This document shows positions 27,455 through 36,231 of a DNA stretch of 64,000 nt, piece after piece; positions within the stretch are counted from its first letter, which is position 1; each line of letters starts with the position of its first letter. The position numbers and the translations under genes are program-made. The notes below the pieces were generated by a model. That model saw only the letters and a program-made list of their open reading frames with translations. It was not told where the DNA came from and did no database searches. Origin of the DNA: a virus; the IMG/VR virus record IMGVR_UViG_3300035698_012408; one strand, given 5' to 3'.

Positions 27455-28372
27455 TCAAGCGACTGCCCGGGCCTGTGCGTGCTTCTTGTACGCCGGAATC
27501 TCTGACCCCTTCAATAGGTTCTCCGGTAAAAACATGTCCCACTTCGCAGACGTGGCAGCCACAATTTGCTGCAACCACGTCCTGCCAAGGTAGGATATAA
27601 AAGCATGCGACGCCCGTAGGTCCCCCTGCCAGCCTCCGCCGGCATGCTGCCAGCGTCGCCACAGAAAATTACTTGGTCGCTCCATATCGCTGTCTGACGG
27701 ACGCCCTGCGCCCTGCCAGCAGCTACGAACTGTGTTACATAGCGTGTCCCGGTCAGTTACGACCGTGCCACGTGACACCCGTTGCATCGTCGACGGCGTC
27801 AGGCCTAAGGCCATTCGCAGTTTAGACAACCGCTCCGGGTGTTGCTGATCAACGTACCAGCGAGGGTCAAGGATGTAGGCGAGTAAACAAGCCACACGAT
27901 CACGATCGATTGTCGGAATAAATGACAAATCATGCCACGCTGGGTGTATTGCCAGCACCTCCCGCACGTGATCATCTACTTTCCCTGTCTTATGTAGGAT
28001 AGCGGCCATTGAGTAGGATGGATAGTCCACCGCGGTAACGCGGTGCCACCCACCCAAACTTGGTGGCAGTAAACACTGTCTCATGCGATAAAGCGCTACC
28101 TCCGGTTGATCCCGCTCCTGCTCCGTCTCACACACCAGTGGGCTGGCCACTTCAAGTATGCCATCTTTCCTCAATGCGCAATAACGCGGATACAGTGCCG
28201 CAATCAACGGAGCATTATTTCGAGTACCCAGCATGCGAATGCGGATACCCTGCCTTGCGTCCAGTCGGCCTACAAAATCCCTCTCTGCTGCCCGCGGCGT
28301 GTCCATGCCGTCGGCATACCACACAGCCCCATGAGGATCTGTGTGAAGTTTCAAAGTCGTAATTTCTGTCAT
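27455..28372 (-). CDS. hypothetical protein
   Basis: ATG at 28372. An alternative GTG at 28381 overlaps the sbcC stop (GTGA). Confidence 0.6.
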   Translation of the reverse strand: MTEITTLKLHTDPHGAVWYADGMDTPRAAERDFVGRLDARQGIRIRMLGTRNNAPLIAALYPRYCALRKDGILEVASPLVCETEQERDQPEVALYRMRQCLLPPSLGGWHRVTAVDYPSYSMAAILHKTGKVDDHVREVLAIHPAWHDLSFIPTIDRDRVACLLAYILDPRWYVDQQHPERLSKLRMALGLTPSTMQRVSRGTVVTDRDTLCNTVRSCWQGAGRPSDSDMERPSNFLWRRWQHAGGGWQGDLRASHAFISYLGRTWLQQIVAATSAKWDMFLPENLLKGSEIPAYKKHAQARAVA

Positions 28373-28377
28373 CGTAC

Positions 28378-30510
28378 TCACAGTTGAATCACCGAATCAA
28401 ATAAGGGTGCTAGGTCCCGTTCATGCGTGACAATAATGCACTGTAGGCCGCGGGTGGCTGAGAATGTTCTCAACTGCCCTAATACTGGCTCGAACCCACG
28501 GATGTGGTGTTCGTCGAGGTACGCTGTCGGCTCATCAAGGTAAAGCGCACCTACATTATCCGCGAACATCCGGTTCAACGCCATACGGAAAGACAACGCC
28601 AATACGACTTTTTGTCCTTCCGACAGCCTTTCAGCCGGTTGTACCGTACCGCTCTCGAATGATGCCGTGAACGAGAGTCCCTCGTCCGCAGCCACCCGAT
28701 ATGGCGTACCAAACATCTCCAAATACTCATTCATGCCCACCTGGAGACGTTGCAGATTACGTTGTGCCACAAATCGCGGAGCCCCGTCTTTGCCGACGAT
28801 CTCCCGCATGCTCGCAGCATGATCAACCCAGCCCCTGAGCATTTCGGCCTCTTCAGCTACCTCCGTAGCCCTGGCCAATTCACCCTGGATACGGGTAATC
28901 GTGGCCTCTGCGGCCCCAATACTGGTTTCCGCGTCCTGCCGAGTGCGAACCGTTCGCTCCCACCCTGCCTTGTTCTCGATCGCCTGCGCGACCTGCTCCG
29001 TCGTGTACGGTACCAACTTCACCAGCTGGTCATTGTACCCTGTGAGCTGCTGCTCCATCTGCTGGTACCGTCCCTGCAATCTTGCAAGTTCCCGATCATG
29101 CTCCCCGAGACTTGCCTCGGCGGCCTTAACGCTATCCAGCATAGCCGAATGTTGCGAGATGGTGGATTCCAGGACTTTCTCGTCCAATTCCTCCACCGGC
29201 TCGTCCGGGAGTGACCTGAGCGTCTCCATCGCCTGGGTCTTTCTCGCCTCGATCTGCTGGATCGCGTTATTATATACGCCCACAGCGTCATTATACATAA
29301 AACTATGGCTAAGTCGATTCGACAACGTGTCCGAATTCGCCCTGAGCGTCGGAAGTCGCCTGATCGCTTCTTCCCGTTGTCCCTGCAACGCGGCAGCGGC
29401 CGTACCGCAAGTGGGGCATTTAGCCGCGTCAGCGTCAAGCGCGTCGACAAATATGGTCAACGCACTTATCTCACCACTGAGGTTCTCCTTTTGACGCTGA
29501 GCTGCCTCCACCCCTTCGGCGTCCAGATAGTCTGCCCGGGGCGTCGGCACATCCACGGCTGCTGCCGCATCTGCTGCTTCTTCGATAATCGCAGTCTGGG
29601 CTTGTCTCGCCTTCTGGTTGCGTCTCGCCGCACCCATCCTGCTCAGCGTAAGTGACGCTGCGTGAGAGTCTGCTGCTCCACTGTCACGAATAGTCCGAAC
29701 AGTTACAAGAGACGCCGCCGTACCTTCCCGTGACCGCCGCTGATAATCAATATCGGCGGCGGTACCGGCCATCGTCGTCGCCAAGGTATCCCGCTGGGTT
29801 TCGATCTGTACGCGACGATTATGCGTCGTAATGACATCGTTGTTCGCGTCAATCTGTCCCAGGCAGTGCTGAAGCTCGGGCCAGTCAACAAGCGATGCCT
29901 GCGCTGCCGCCAACTTCAGCGTTTGTCCTTCCAGCTCCTGCGTGAGTTCGTCAATATCGACACCCACGGACGGGATCTGCACGTCCTTCAGCTGCGTACC
30001 GATCGCCGAATGTACGACGCCGGCCTTCTCCGTGTGGAAGAGCTTCTGGAATTGTGCAGCCCGTTGGGCCGGCTTCTTGTCGAGGAACCCAAAAATATCA
30101 CTCTGGGCCACAACCACGATGTCGTTGATGATGTCGGTAGACACGCCGAGGATCTGCTCGATCATCGCCGTAACTTCCTTGTCACCTTCGATCGTCACAC
30201 CATTCTGAATTTGTAACGTCGCCACCGGGCGAGACGGTCGCAGGTTTCGCTGCACTGTAGCGCGCACGCCGGCATGGCTGAACACGAGCTTCACATAGGA
30301 GCTCTGTGACGGCTCCGCTCGATCGTAAATATTCGCAGACTTGTTGCCTGCGTTTGGATTGTCTCCGGTAAGCGCGAAACGTATTGCCCCAAGACAATTA
30401 CTCTTCCCGCTGCCATTCTGTCCGAGTATTGCCGTGAGGCCGTCCCGTAATGGCAAATCCCGCCACGCGTGCTGGCAGAAATTCAGCATCGTTAGATGTT
30501 CACACTTCAT
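28378..30510 (-). CDS. sbcC: Rad50/SbcC-like ATPase (T4 gp46-like)
   Basis: Walker A LGQNGSGKSNCL, zinc hook AAKCPTCGT within the coiled coil, signature LSEGQKVVLALS, Walker B/D-loop ALYLDEPTAYLD. Confidence 0.85.
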   Translation of the reverse strand: MKCEHLTMLNFCQHAWRDLPLRDGLTAILGQNGSGKSNCLGAIRFALTGDNPNAGNKSANIYDRAEPSQSSYVKLVFSHAGVRATVQRNLRPSRPVATLQIQNGVTIEGDKEVTAMIEQILGVSTDIINDIVVVAQSDIFGFLDKKPAQRAAQFQKLFHTEKAGVVHSAIGTQLKDVQIPSVGVDIDELTQELEGQTLKLAAAQASLVDWPELQHCLGQIDANNDVITTHNRRVQIETQRDTLATTMAGTAADIDYQRRSREGTAASLVTVRTIRDSGAADSHAASLTLSRMGAARRNQKARQAQTAIIEEAADAAAAVDVPTPRADYLDAEGVEAAQRQKENLSGEISALTIFVDALDADAAKCPTCGTAAAALQGQREEAIRRLPTLRANSDTLSNRLSHSFMYNDAVGVYNNAIQQIEARKTQAMETLRSLPDEPVEELDEKVLESTISQHSAMLDSVKAAEASLGEHDRELARLQGRYQQMEQQLTGYNDQLVKLVPYTTEQVAQAIENKAGWERTVRTRQDAETSIGAAEATITRIQGELARATEVAEEAEMLRGWVDHAASMREIVGKDGAPRFVAQRNLQRLQVGMNEYLEMFGTPYRVAADEGLSFTASFESGTVQPAERLSEGQKVVLALSFRMALNRMFADNVGALYLDEPTAYLDEHHIRGFEPVLGQLRTFSATRGLQCIIVTHERDLAPLFDSVIQL

Positions 30511-31462
30511 TCTTACCTTCCCTCAATTCGACAACTCGGTGTTCTCGGGTCTTCGCCTCCACGATCGGAGGATTGTAATTCGTCAATGCCCATTGATTAT
30601 AATGCCGCTTAATTGCCTGAAGCGGATCAATCCGAAACCTATGGTAATCCGGCACAGCGACAGCTACGAGCTGCGGCAACGGATACTTCCAATCCACGCG
30701 ACACTGCGTGACCGGATTCTCAACAGCCGCCCCGCAGAAGTGACAAGCACGAAGCCCAACACCGCCGCCACAATAGGCACAGTTTATAGCCAGTGTTGCC
30801 TGCGCCCCACCCAGCCACTCTGCCATGCCTGCGAGATTACTAGACAACCCGATAATCGCTCGCTCCATCGTCTCAACAAATGGGTGATTAGTGTCTGGGC
30901 GTTCTGGGTCATAATCGTCAGATATTAGCTTCTGATCCAGGCCCGCCATGACAGAGCATATCTTACGAAAACCACCAACGGTAGTACGGTGATCCGGCTC
31001 CACGATTCGGAACTCCACAGTCTGCCGCGAGCTGTCCCACGCCAGTCGACTGCCCCACTCCACTTCCGCGTAATTTGCAACACGTTCACGATAATCAAAT
31101 AACGGCTCCCGGTCGGAACCGACACGTATGTGCTCCCGCGCTGGGCCGTCATCACCGATCCCGGCTACATACGACTCTTTCCGCCGGTTGGCGTAATGAT
31201 AGAACAACCTGCGAAGATTGCCGGGGCCGCCGGATCGAAGCCGGAAAACATGCTCTGCACCCCGTACAGCGATAGGCGGCGAGATGAACGGAATACCACC
31301 CACGGTATCCTCCGCCGACTGTTTCCATAATTCCTGCACCTCACTACCCGCAAGATGCGGACACAGACACGACAGATCAAGCGGTCCTCGAAGCGTCGAG
31401 GCACCTTTATCTATTGCGTCCCGCAATTTTGTTGCGTAAGTCTGAAAGTTAGGTGGCATCAT
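30500..31462 (-). CDS. hypothetical protein
   Basis: 320 aa. ATGA overlap with the upstream stop. Cys cluster CAYCGGG...CHFCG. Confidence 0.6.
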   Translation of the reverse strand: MMPPNFQTYATKLRDAIDKGASTLRGPLDLSCLCPHLAGSEVQELWKQSAEDTVGGIPFISPPIAVRGAEHVFRLRSGGPGNLRRLFYHYANRRKESYVAGIGDDGPAREHIRVGSDREPLFDYRERVANYAEVEWGSRLAWDSSRQTVEFRIVEPDHRTTVGGFRKICSVMAGLDQKLISDDYDPERPDTNHPFVETMERAIIGLSSNLAGMAEWLGGAQATLAINCAYCGGGVGLRACHFCGAAVENPVTQCRVDWKYPLPQLVAVAVPDYHRFRIDPLQAIKRHYNQWALTNYNPPIVEAKTREHRVVELREGKNEV

Positions 31463-32100
31463 TGCAGCCCCGTGGGGTTGTGATCGCTAAGATGTAACGT
31501 GATCCAATCGTACACTACCTGTGTGACCTCAAACTCTACCCGCTGATCCACAGCAGACGGTCGCACGGTGAAGGCCTTCTTGCCGTTTGTCAGTTCTACC
31601 ATCAACGCATTCGCTGCCAGTAGATCACTTAACATGAACGACACTGTCAGCTCTTCTGGTTCCTTTGCCGCGGATGCGGTAACTTCCCATTTACCGTACA
31701 TCCCAAGCCATCCGTCATCCAGCGTGCGGTCAAGCACCCGTTTGTAATCATCAGGTAACGCGTCCAATGGTCTCGAACGCGTGTTCGCCACTACGTACAA
31801 CTGGTCAGCATTGTCGTTAATGCTGGCCGCCGCTACCTCCAGCGGAATATCCGCGTAAATACCGGCAAATGCCCCATTGGTCCACGTCGTGACAATCCGT
31901 GGCCCATCCCGGTACATCAAAATCTGATCGTCGCACGTATGCGTGTCATACGACGCGAGGTTTCGTAACGTGAACAGCTGCGGATCAACGACTTGATGCG
32001 GACCCATCGCCCGCCCGTCGCCAGCCTGAAGGTAGACGACTTCGTTGACCCCTACCTTATCCCAACTAACCGGCCGAAACCCCGCTGGGATCTTCTCCAT
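31459..32100 (-). CDS. hypothetical protein
   Basis: Trimmed to the ATG at 32100 (MEKIPAGF...). It still overlaps the sbcD 3' end by 35 nt, so the start is uncertain. Confidence 0.55.
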   Translation of the reverse strand: MEKIPAGFRPVSWDKVGVNEVVYLQAGDGRAMGPHQVVDPQLFTLRNLASYDTHTCDDQILMYRDGPRIVTTWTNGAFAGIYADIPLEVAAASINDNADQLYVVANTRSRPLDALPDDYKRVLDRTLDDGWLGMYGKWEVTASAAKEPEELTVSFMLSDLLAANALMVELTNGKKAFTVRPSAVDQRVEFEVTQVVYDWITLHLSDHNPTGLQ

Positions 32101-33214
32101 GTTGTGGCCGCGCATAATTCGCCTTATATTCCTCAAACATATTTGTGATCTCAGCAAGCGGATCAGGTGCTGCAAGCAGCCGCTGCACGCCGTGATAGAC
32201 CGGAGAATCCGTAGGAACAAGCTCACCCACTGCCGTGAGCAGGTTATCGAACGCCCCTTCGGGCGTATTCACCATGTCCACCTCCACCGTCTCCTCGTTA
32301 CCGAGATTTCGTGGTTGGTGGAACAGATGGAACTTGTCCCCGAGTGCCGCTATCAAGCGAGTGTAAGCCTCCGGGATCATGTCATAGTAAGTTGCGCGTA
32401 GCATAGGCTTCGCTATGTGCGGTGGCAGATCGTGCCGCTGATCCACGGGCAGCGCCAACTTCCTAAGACACTCCGCGAACGCTTCCTCCGTCGTGACCGT
32501 GAATTCGGTGTACCCACGAGTAGCCAGCTGGACCCGCTTCGCAATGAACTGATCCTTGGCCTCATCAACCTCCAGAATGTAGAAATACTTGTGAGGCGGC
32601 TCATCGATAGCCTGCATGCTCGTGGAGCCCGGCGAATACAGCGTGACAGGGTCTCCATTGGCTGCTACGCCCGCGTACTGCTTGGTGACATGGAAGTCGC
32701 CAGAGAACACCGTGAGCTCACGGGGTAGCTGCGAGAGGCTTCCATCAGTGTGCCCAATAGGCTGCACCTCCGACCAAGACTGATGCGATAGCAAAATCTC
32801 CGCGTCAGGAGGTATCACCGCCAGCTTTTCGCCCAATTTGTCAGATGGGCAGTAATCCAGCCCGTAGAATTCGACCCCGTTGACCTCGAACATCTGCTCG
32901 TTCACGTGACACGGCCACGGATGAGCTGAACACCACGGCGGATCAGCCTTGTCATGATTACCTTGAATAAAGTACACAGAGAGCCTCGCGTGCTCCATGC
33001 GGTTCATTTCCGTCGTAAAAGCAGTCACAGACGCAGAATCAGGACGATCCTGGTCGTACATATCGCCGAGAAGTATCAACGGCAACGACTGATGCACGCA
33101 CGCGTCAACGAGCTGCGTCAGACTGTAAAAAGCATCCCCGGCGAGTTCCGGGTGCTTCGCCCACGTGTGGAGCCGGAGATGATTATCCCCAGAAATCAAG
33201 GCAATTTTGATCAT
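32066..33214 (-). CDS. sbcD: Mre11/SbcD-like nuclease (T4 gp47-like)
   Basis: Calcineurin-like phosphoesterase motifs MIKIALISGDNHL, LILLGDMYD, FIQGNHD, SHQ. Trimmed to the canonical MIKIAL start at 33214. No SD precedes it. Confidence 0.85.
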   Translation of the reverse strand: MIKIALISGDNHLRLHTWAKHPELAGDAFYSLTQLVDACVHQSLPLILLGDMYDQDRPDSASVTAFTTEMNRMEHARLSVYFIQGNHDKADPPWCSAHPWPCHVNEQMFEVNGVEFYGLDYCPSDKLGEKLAVIPPDAEILLSHQSWSEVQPIGHTDGSLSQLPRELTVFSGDFHVTKQYAGVAANGDPVTLYSPGSTSMQAIDEPPHKYFYILEVDEAKDQFIAKRVQLATRGYTEFTVTTEEAFAECLRKLALPVDQRHDLPPHIAKPMLRATYYDMIPEAYTRLIAALGDKFHLFHQPRNLGNEETVEVDMVNTPEGAFDNLLTAVGELVPTDSPVYHGVQRLLAAPDPLAEITNMFEEYKANYARPQHGEDPSGVSAG

Positions 33215-33215
33215 T

Positions 33216-33232
33216 TTGGTTTCTAAGTACCG
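33216..33232 (-). promoter_or_regulatory. 17-nt conserved motif CGGTACTTAGAAACCAA (minus-strand reading), copy 1
   Basis: Identical 17-mer at 49072..49088. Both copies lie immediately upstream of the first gene of a minus-strand gene block. Confidence 0.4.
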
Positions 33233-33249
33233 CTTGGGTGTTAAATTTG

Positions 33250-33573
33250 TTATGGTATAAACCCTGCATCCTTGAGCGCCTGTACGAGCGACGGGGAGAG
33301 AATCGTAACCGGGACGGCCCCAGTACAATGCGAGAGCCCGCAACACGGGCAACGCATTTCTGGACTGTTTCGGAGCATGTCATTGCGAACTGCTATGCCG
33401 TGGATCGTGTCCTCGAATAGCCTGTCGGATTCTACCAACTTATCCGCCAGACCTGCACGTTCAACCGTGCTACTTACGCCAAGTGACGACGTTAAGTGGT
33501 TGACCGTGTGTAACATAGGGCAATCCAACTGGAAAGCCTTGTGATACAGATCATGAAATAGTTCGGATGCCAT
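33250..33573 (-). CDS. hypothetical small protein (CPCCGLSHC)
   Basis: ORF track 33250..33768 trimmed to the ATG at 33573 (MASELFHDLYHK...). The longer version would overlap csrA. Divergent from csrA with only 31 nt between the two starts. Confidence 0.35.
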   Translation of the reverse strand: MASELFHDLYHKAFQLDCPMLHTVNHLTSSLGVSSTVERAGLADKLVESDRLFEDTIHGIAVRNDMLRNSPEMRCPCCGLSHCTGAVPVTILSPSLVQALKDAGFIP

Positions 33574-33604
33574 TTTATTGCAACCATAGGAAGGAGCCAG
33601 AAGA

Positions 33605-33820
33605 ATGTTAGTGCTATCTCGCAAACGCGGAGAAAGAATCTTAATTGGTGACAACATAACAGTCACCGTGGTTGACCTCCGAGACGACAAAGTGCGTCTC
33701 GGCGTCGAAGCCCCGCGAGAGGTACCGGTTAATCGACCGGAAGTTCTCCAAAAAAAGAACGCGGCCAAAGCTGCCGCCGCGGCTACCCAGACACCGCAGG
33801 ACCAGTCACAGTCGGACTGA
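33605..33820 (+). CDS. csrA: carbon storage regulator CsrA/RsmA homologue
   Basis: MLVLSRKRGERILIGDNITVTVVDLRDDKVRLGVEAPREVPVNRPEV is colinear with the CsrA consensus (MLILTRR.GE...IGD.I.V.VL...G..VR.G..AP..V.V.R.E). AGGAGC lies 7 nt upstream of the ATG. Confidence 0.9.
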   Translation: MLVLSRKRGERILIGDNITVTVVDLRDDKVRLGVEAPREVPVNRPEVLQKKNAAKAAAAATQTPQDQSQSD

Positions 33821-34628
33821 ATGGTGTCACCGTCCTCGCGGGCTCGCCACGCTGGCGTTTGAACAGCTCGCGAATGTCACTCTCGCTATTACCTAGCACC
33901 TCTCGAACAGACGAGAACACGAGGAATCGCTGTGCGAGTATTGTAGGTGACGGCAACGGAACGCCGGTATTGATGTAAAACGGCGGAAGCGTTTTGTCCG
34001 TGGCTCCCCAGCTGACCATGTAGAAGCCAAGCATGGTGCAGAGCCACGACAGATACTCACCAAAGCCCCCTGGCCACTCGTTACACCGTGTTGGTGTCAG
34101 CAGCTTACGTTGGTATAACACGCCGACAAACTGCGGACTCAACGCCATGAACGCGTCGGCCAGTGCGGGCGGTGGGGTCTCGACATTCTGATGCGGGATC
34201 TCCCATTCATAGAACAGGTTGGTTGCGGCATGAAAGGCCTTGGCGTGACCACTGGTAGTGTCTTGCACTCCCAGCAACCCTACACCCTCCTTGCTAGTCT
34301 GATCTAGCAGATACGCATCGAATGGTTGACCCATCACGAGACACGAATCATCCAAGAAGATGACCTGCTTGTACGAGATACCCTTATCGATCGCCCACTT
34401 GAGCCCGTGCATGCGATGGAACCCGGAACAGGCATCCTTGTCGACGGAGGTATGAATCACTTCATGAGCGCCCTCGGCCGAAAGAGTTTTGATGGTGTTC
34501 GTCTCGTCGACGGCCACCGTGAATGTCGAACCACCGGGGCACGACCATTGAATCGAAGAGATCAGATCATTCAGGACGTACTCGCCCCGGGCAGAACTGA
34601 TCACGAATAACGTGTCAACATCGTACAT
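33783..34628 (-). CDS. putative glycosyltransferase-like protein (GT-A-like, DxD candidate FLDDSC)
   Basis: ATG at 34628 with GGGAGCAG upstream (alternatives 34640 and 34649). N-terminal beta-strand LFVISSARGE and VIFLDDSCLV resemble a nucleotide-sugar binding fold. The 3' end overlaps csrA convergently by 38 nt. The product call is tentative. Confidence 0.5.
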   Translation of the reverse strand: MYDVDTLFVISSARGEYVLNDLISSIQWSCPGGSTFTVAVDETNTIKTLSAEGAHEVIHTSVDKDACSGFHRMHGLKWAIDKGISYKQVIFLDDSCLVMGQPFDAYLLDQTSKEGVGLLGVQDTTSGHAKAFHAATNLFYEWEIPHQNVETPPPALADAFMALSPQFVGVLYQRKLLTPTRCNEWPGGFGEYLSWLCTMLGFYMVSWGATDKTLPPFYINTGVPLPSPTILAQRFLVFSSVREVLGNSESDIRELFKRQRGEPARTVTPFSPTVTGPAVSG

Positions 34629-34649
34629 AACTGCTCCCATTAAAAGCAA

Positions 34650-34679
34650 ACAGTCCAGCGATGTGACTCGCTGGACTGT
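34650..34679 (-). terminator. intrinsic-terminator-like hairpin downstream of hldE
   Basis: Perfect 12-bp stem ACAGTCCAGCGA/TCGCTGGACTGT with a 6-nt loop, followed on the minus-strand RNA by UUGCUUUUAAU. Confidence 0.5.
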
Positions 34680-34745
34680 TGCCGATCAGGTAATGTGCGC
34701 TCGTAAAAACGTGCCGGGCTGAGCGCGAGAACTTCCATCATTCAC

Positions 34746-34766
34746 TGCATAATAGGCAATTATGCA
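34746..34766. promoter_or_regulatory. perfect 8-bp inverted repeat TGCATAAT-N5-ATTATGCA
   Basis: Seen directly, 8 nt beyond the hldE stop codon. Function unknown (operator or hairpin). Confidence 0.3.
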
Positions 34767-34773
34767 ATGGTTG

Positions 34774-36231
34774 TCAACTCTTCTTCGTAGAGTTCTTTGC
34801 ATTATCGTCCCCGAGCCGTGACGAGCTTAAATTGAAAATAATAGGGGTCAACGACAGTTTTCCGCCGTGTGACGCCACATAATCTGCACCTGGGATAGGT
34901 TCTGCGGCCGCGTCTTGCCCCTTCACCAGAACATCTGGCTTCAACTGACGCACAAGCGATTCGACATCCCCATCGAACAAAAATACGGTGTCCACAACAT
35001 CCAACAACGCCAGATGTGACAGTCGATAGCTCTCGCCAACGAGCGGTCTATTGTCGCCTTTGAGCTCCCGCAAACTGGTGTCATCATTACACGCCACCAC
35101 AAGACAGTCGCCTTGCCGTACTGCTGCGCGGAGCAGTTCGATATGTCCAGCATGCAACCCGTCGAAGCAACCATTGGCTAATACGATTGACTGTCGTCGC
35201 CGACGCCGTCGCCGTACAAAGGCCAAGGCGTCATCACGATCCATACATTTGGCAGCCCATCCGGTAGCCTCGTATCGAAATTCGTCGACGGCGTCACGAT
35301 GAGCCGGCACGACACCGCGATGACGCACCACCATGCCCGCAGCGTACATAGCAAACTGCACGCAAGTATCAAACGACTTGCCTTCCAAGTACCCGACGGC
35401 CATCGCCGCCATCACAGTATCACCAGCGCCGCACACATCATAAATCTGTTGCGGACTGGACTGAAAACTGTGGATCTGGTTATCCCAGGGATTGAAATAC
35501 ATGCAACCGTCCGACCCCTGCGTCATGAGCACGGAGCCAAAGTTACCAGCTCGCCTCAACTCCTGCAAGATGGACTCAGGCTCCCCAGCGAACACACCAG
35601 GATGCACGACGTTGTAGCGATCCACCATATCACGCGCTTCGTTGCTGTTGGGCTTCAGCAAATCCACGTTCTCGTATTGTTCAACGCAGTCCGGGCGGCA
35701 GTCTACGAAAATCGGTATGGCGAGTTCCTGACATCGCTGCCGAAGCGCACTCCACACCGCGTCCGTCATCACGCCTTTCGCGTAATCTGCCACACATACC
35801 AATCGTACGGCCGTGCCCTCTGCGAGCCCGTAATTGAGCCCCGCTATCACGGCTTTGTCATTGCTCAATGGCAGCGTCTCATCATCCGCACGACACAGAT
35901 ACTGACCACCGGCCATGATCCGCGTCTTCACGCTCGTGCGTGTACCGTCCGGCCCTTGCGGCAAACACGACACTACACCAGCTTCGTTGAGGAGTTCCCC
36001 AACCCTTCGCCCGGCAGCGTCGTCGCCTACCACGCCAAGCAGCTTCGCATGTCCGCCGAGCGTAACTATGTTGTGGGCGACGTTACCCGCACCACCTACC
36101 GATTCCGTGAAGTCGTCTTGGGCTACGACAGGAGCCGCTGCCTCGGGCGATACACGGGTCATTTCCCCGCATACCGCCCTATCCAGCATCACGTCACCGA
36201 TCACCAATACCGTAGGTTTCGGATCACTCAT
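34774..36231 (-). CDS. hldE: bifunctional D-beta-D-heptose 7-phosphate kinase / D-beta-D-heptose 1-phosphate adenylyltransferase (HldE/RfaE)
   Basis: Domain I VLVIGDVMLDR...RVSPEAAAPVV...ESVGGAGNVAHNI...VCGAGDTV. Domain II IVLANGCFDGLHAGHIELL...VACNDDTSLRELKGDNRP. Colinear with E. coli HldE. ATG at 36231, 8-nt overlap with the upstream stop. Confidence 0.9.
   Translation of the reverse strand: MSDPKPTVLVIGDVMLDRAVCGEMTRVSPEAAAPVVAQDDFTESVGGAGNVAHNIVTLGGHAKLLGVVGDDAAGRRVGELLNEAGVVSCLPQGPDGTRTSVKTRIMAGGQYLCRADDETLPLSNDKAVIAGLNYGLAEGTAVRLVCVADYAKGVMTDAVWSALRQRCQELAIPIFVDCRPDCVEQYENVDLLKPNSNEARDMVDRYNVVHPGVFAGEPESILQELRRAGNFGSVLMTQGSDGCMYFNPWDNQIHSFQSSPQQIYDVCGAGDTVMAAMAVGYLEGKSFDTCVQFAMYAAGMVVRHRGVVPAHRDAVDEFRYEATGWAAKCMDRDDALAFVRRRRRRRQSIVLANGCFDGLHAGHIELLRAAVRQGDCLVVACNDDTSLRELKGDNRPLVGESYRLSHLALLDVVDTVFLFDGDVESLVRQLKPDVLVKGQDAAAEPIPGADYVASHGGKLSLTPIIFNLSSSRLGDDNAKNSTKKS

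Noticed and set aside
33250-33768. 172-aa version of the minus-strand ORF overlapping csrA
   Set aside because: The N-terminal 65 codons are antisense to the strongly supported csrA gene and start at a non-ATG codon. I kept only the ATG-initiated 107-aa part, and that only at low confidence.
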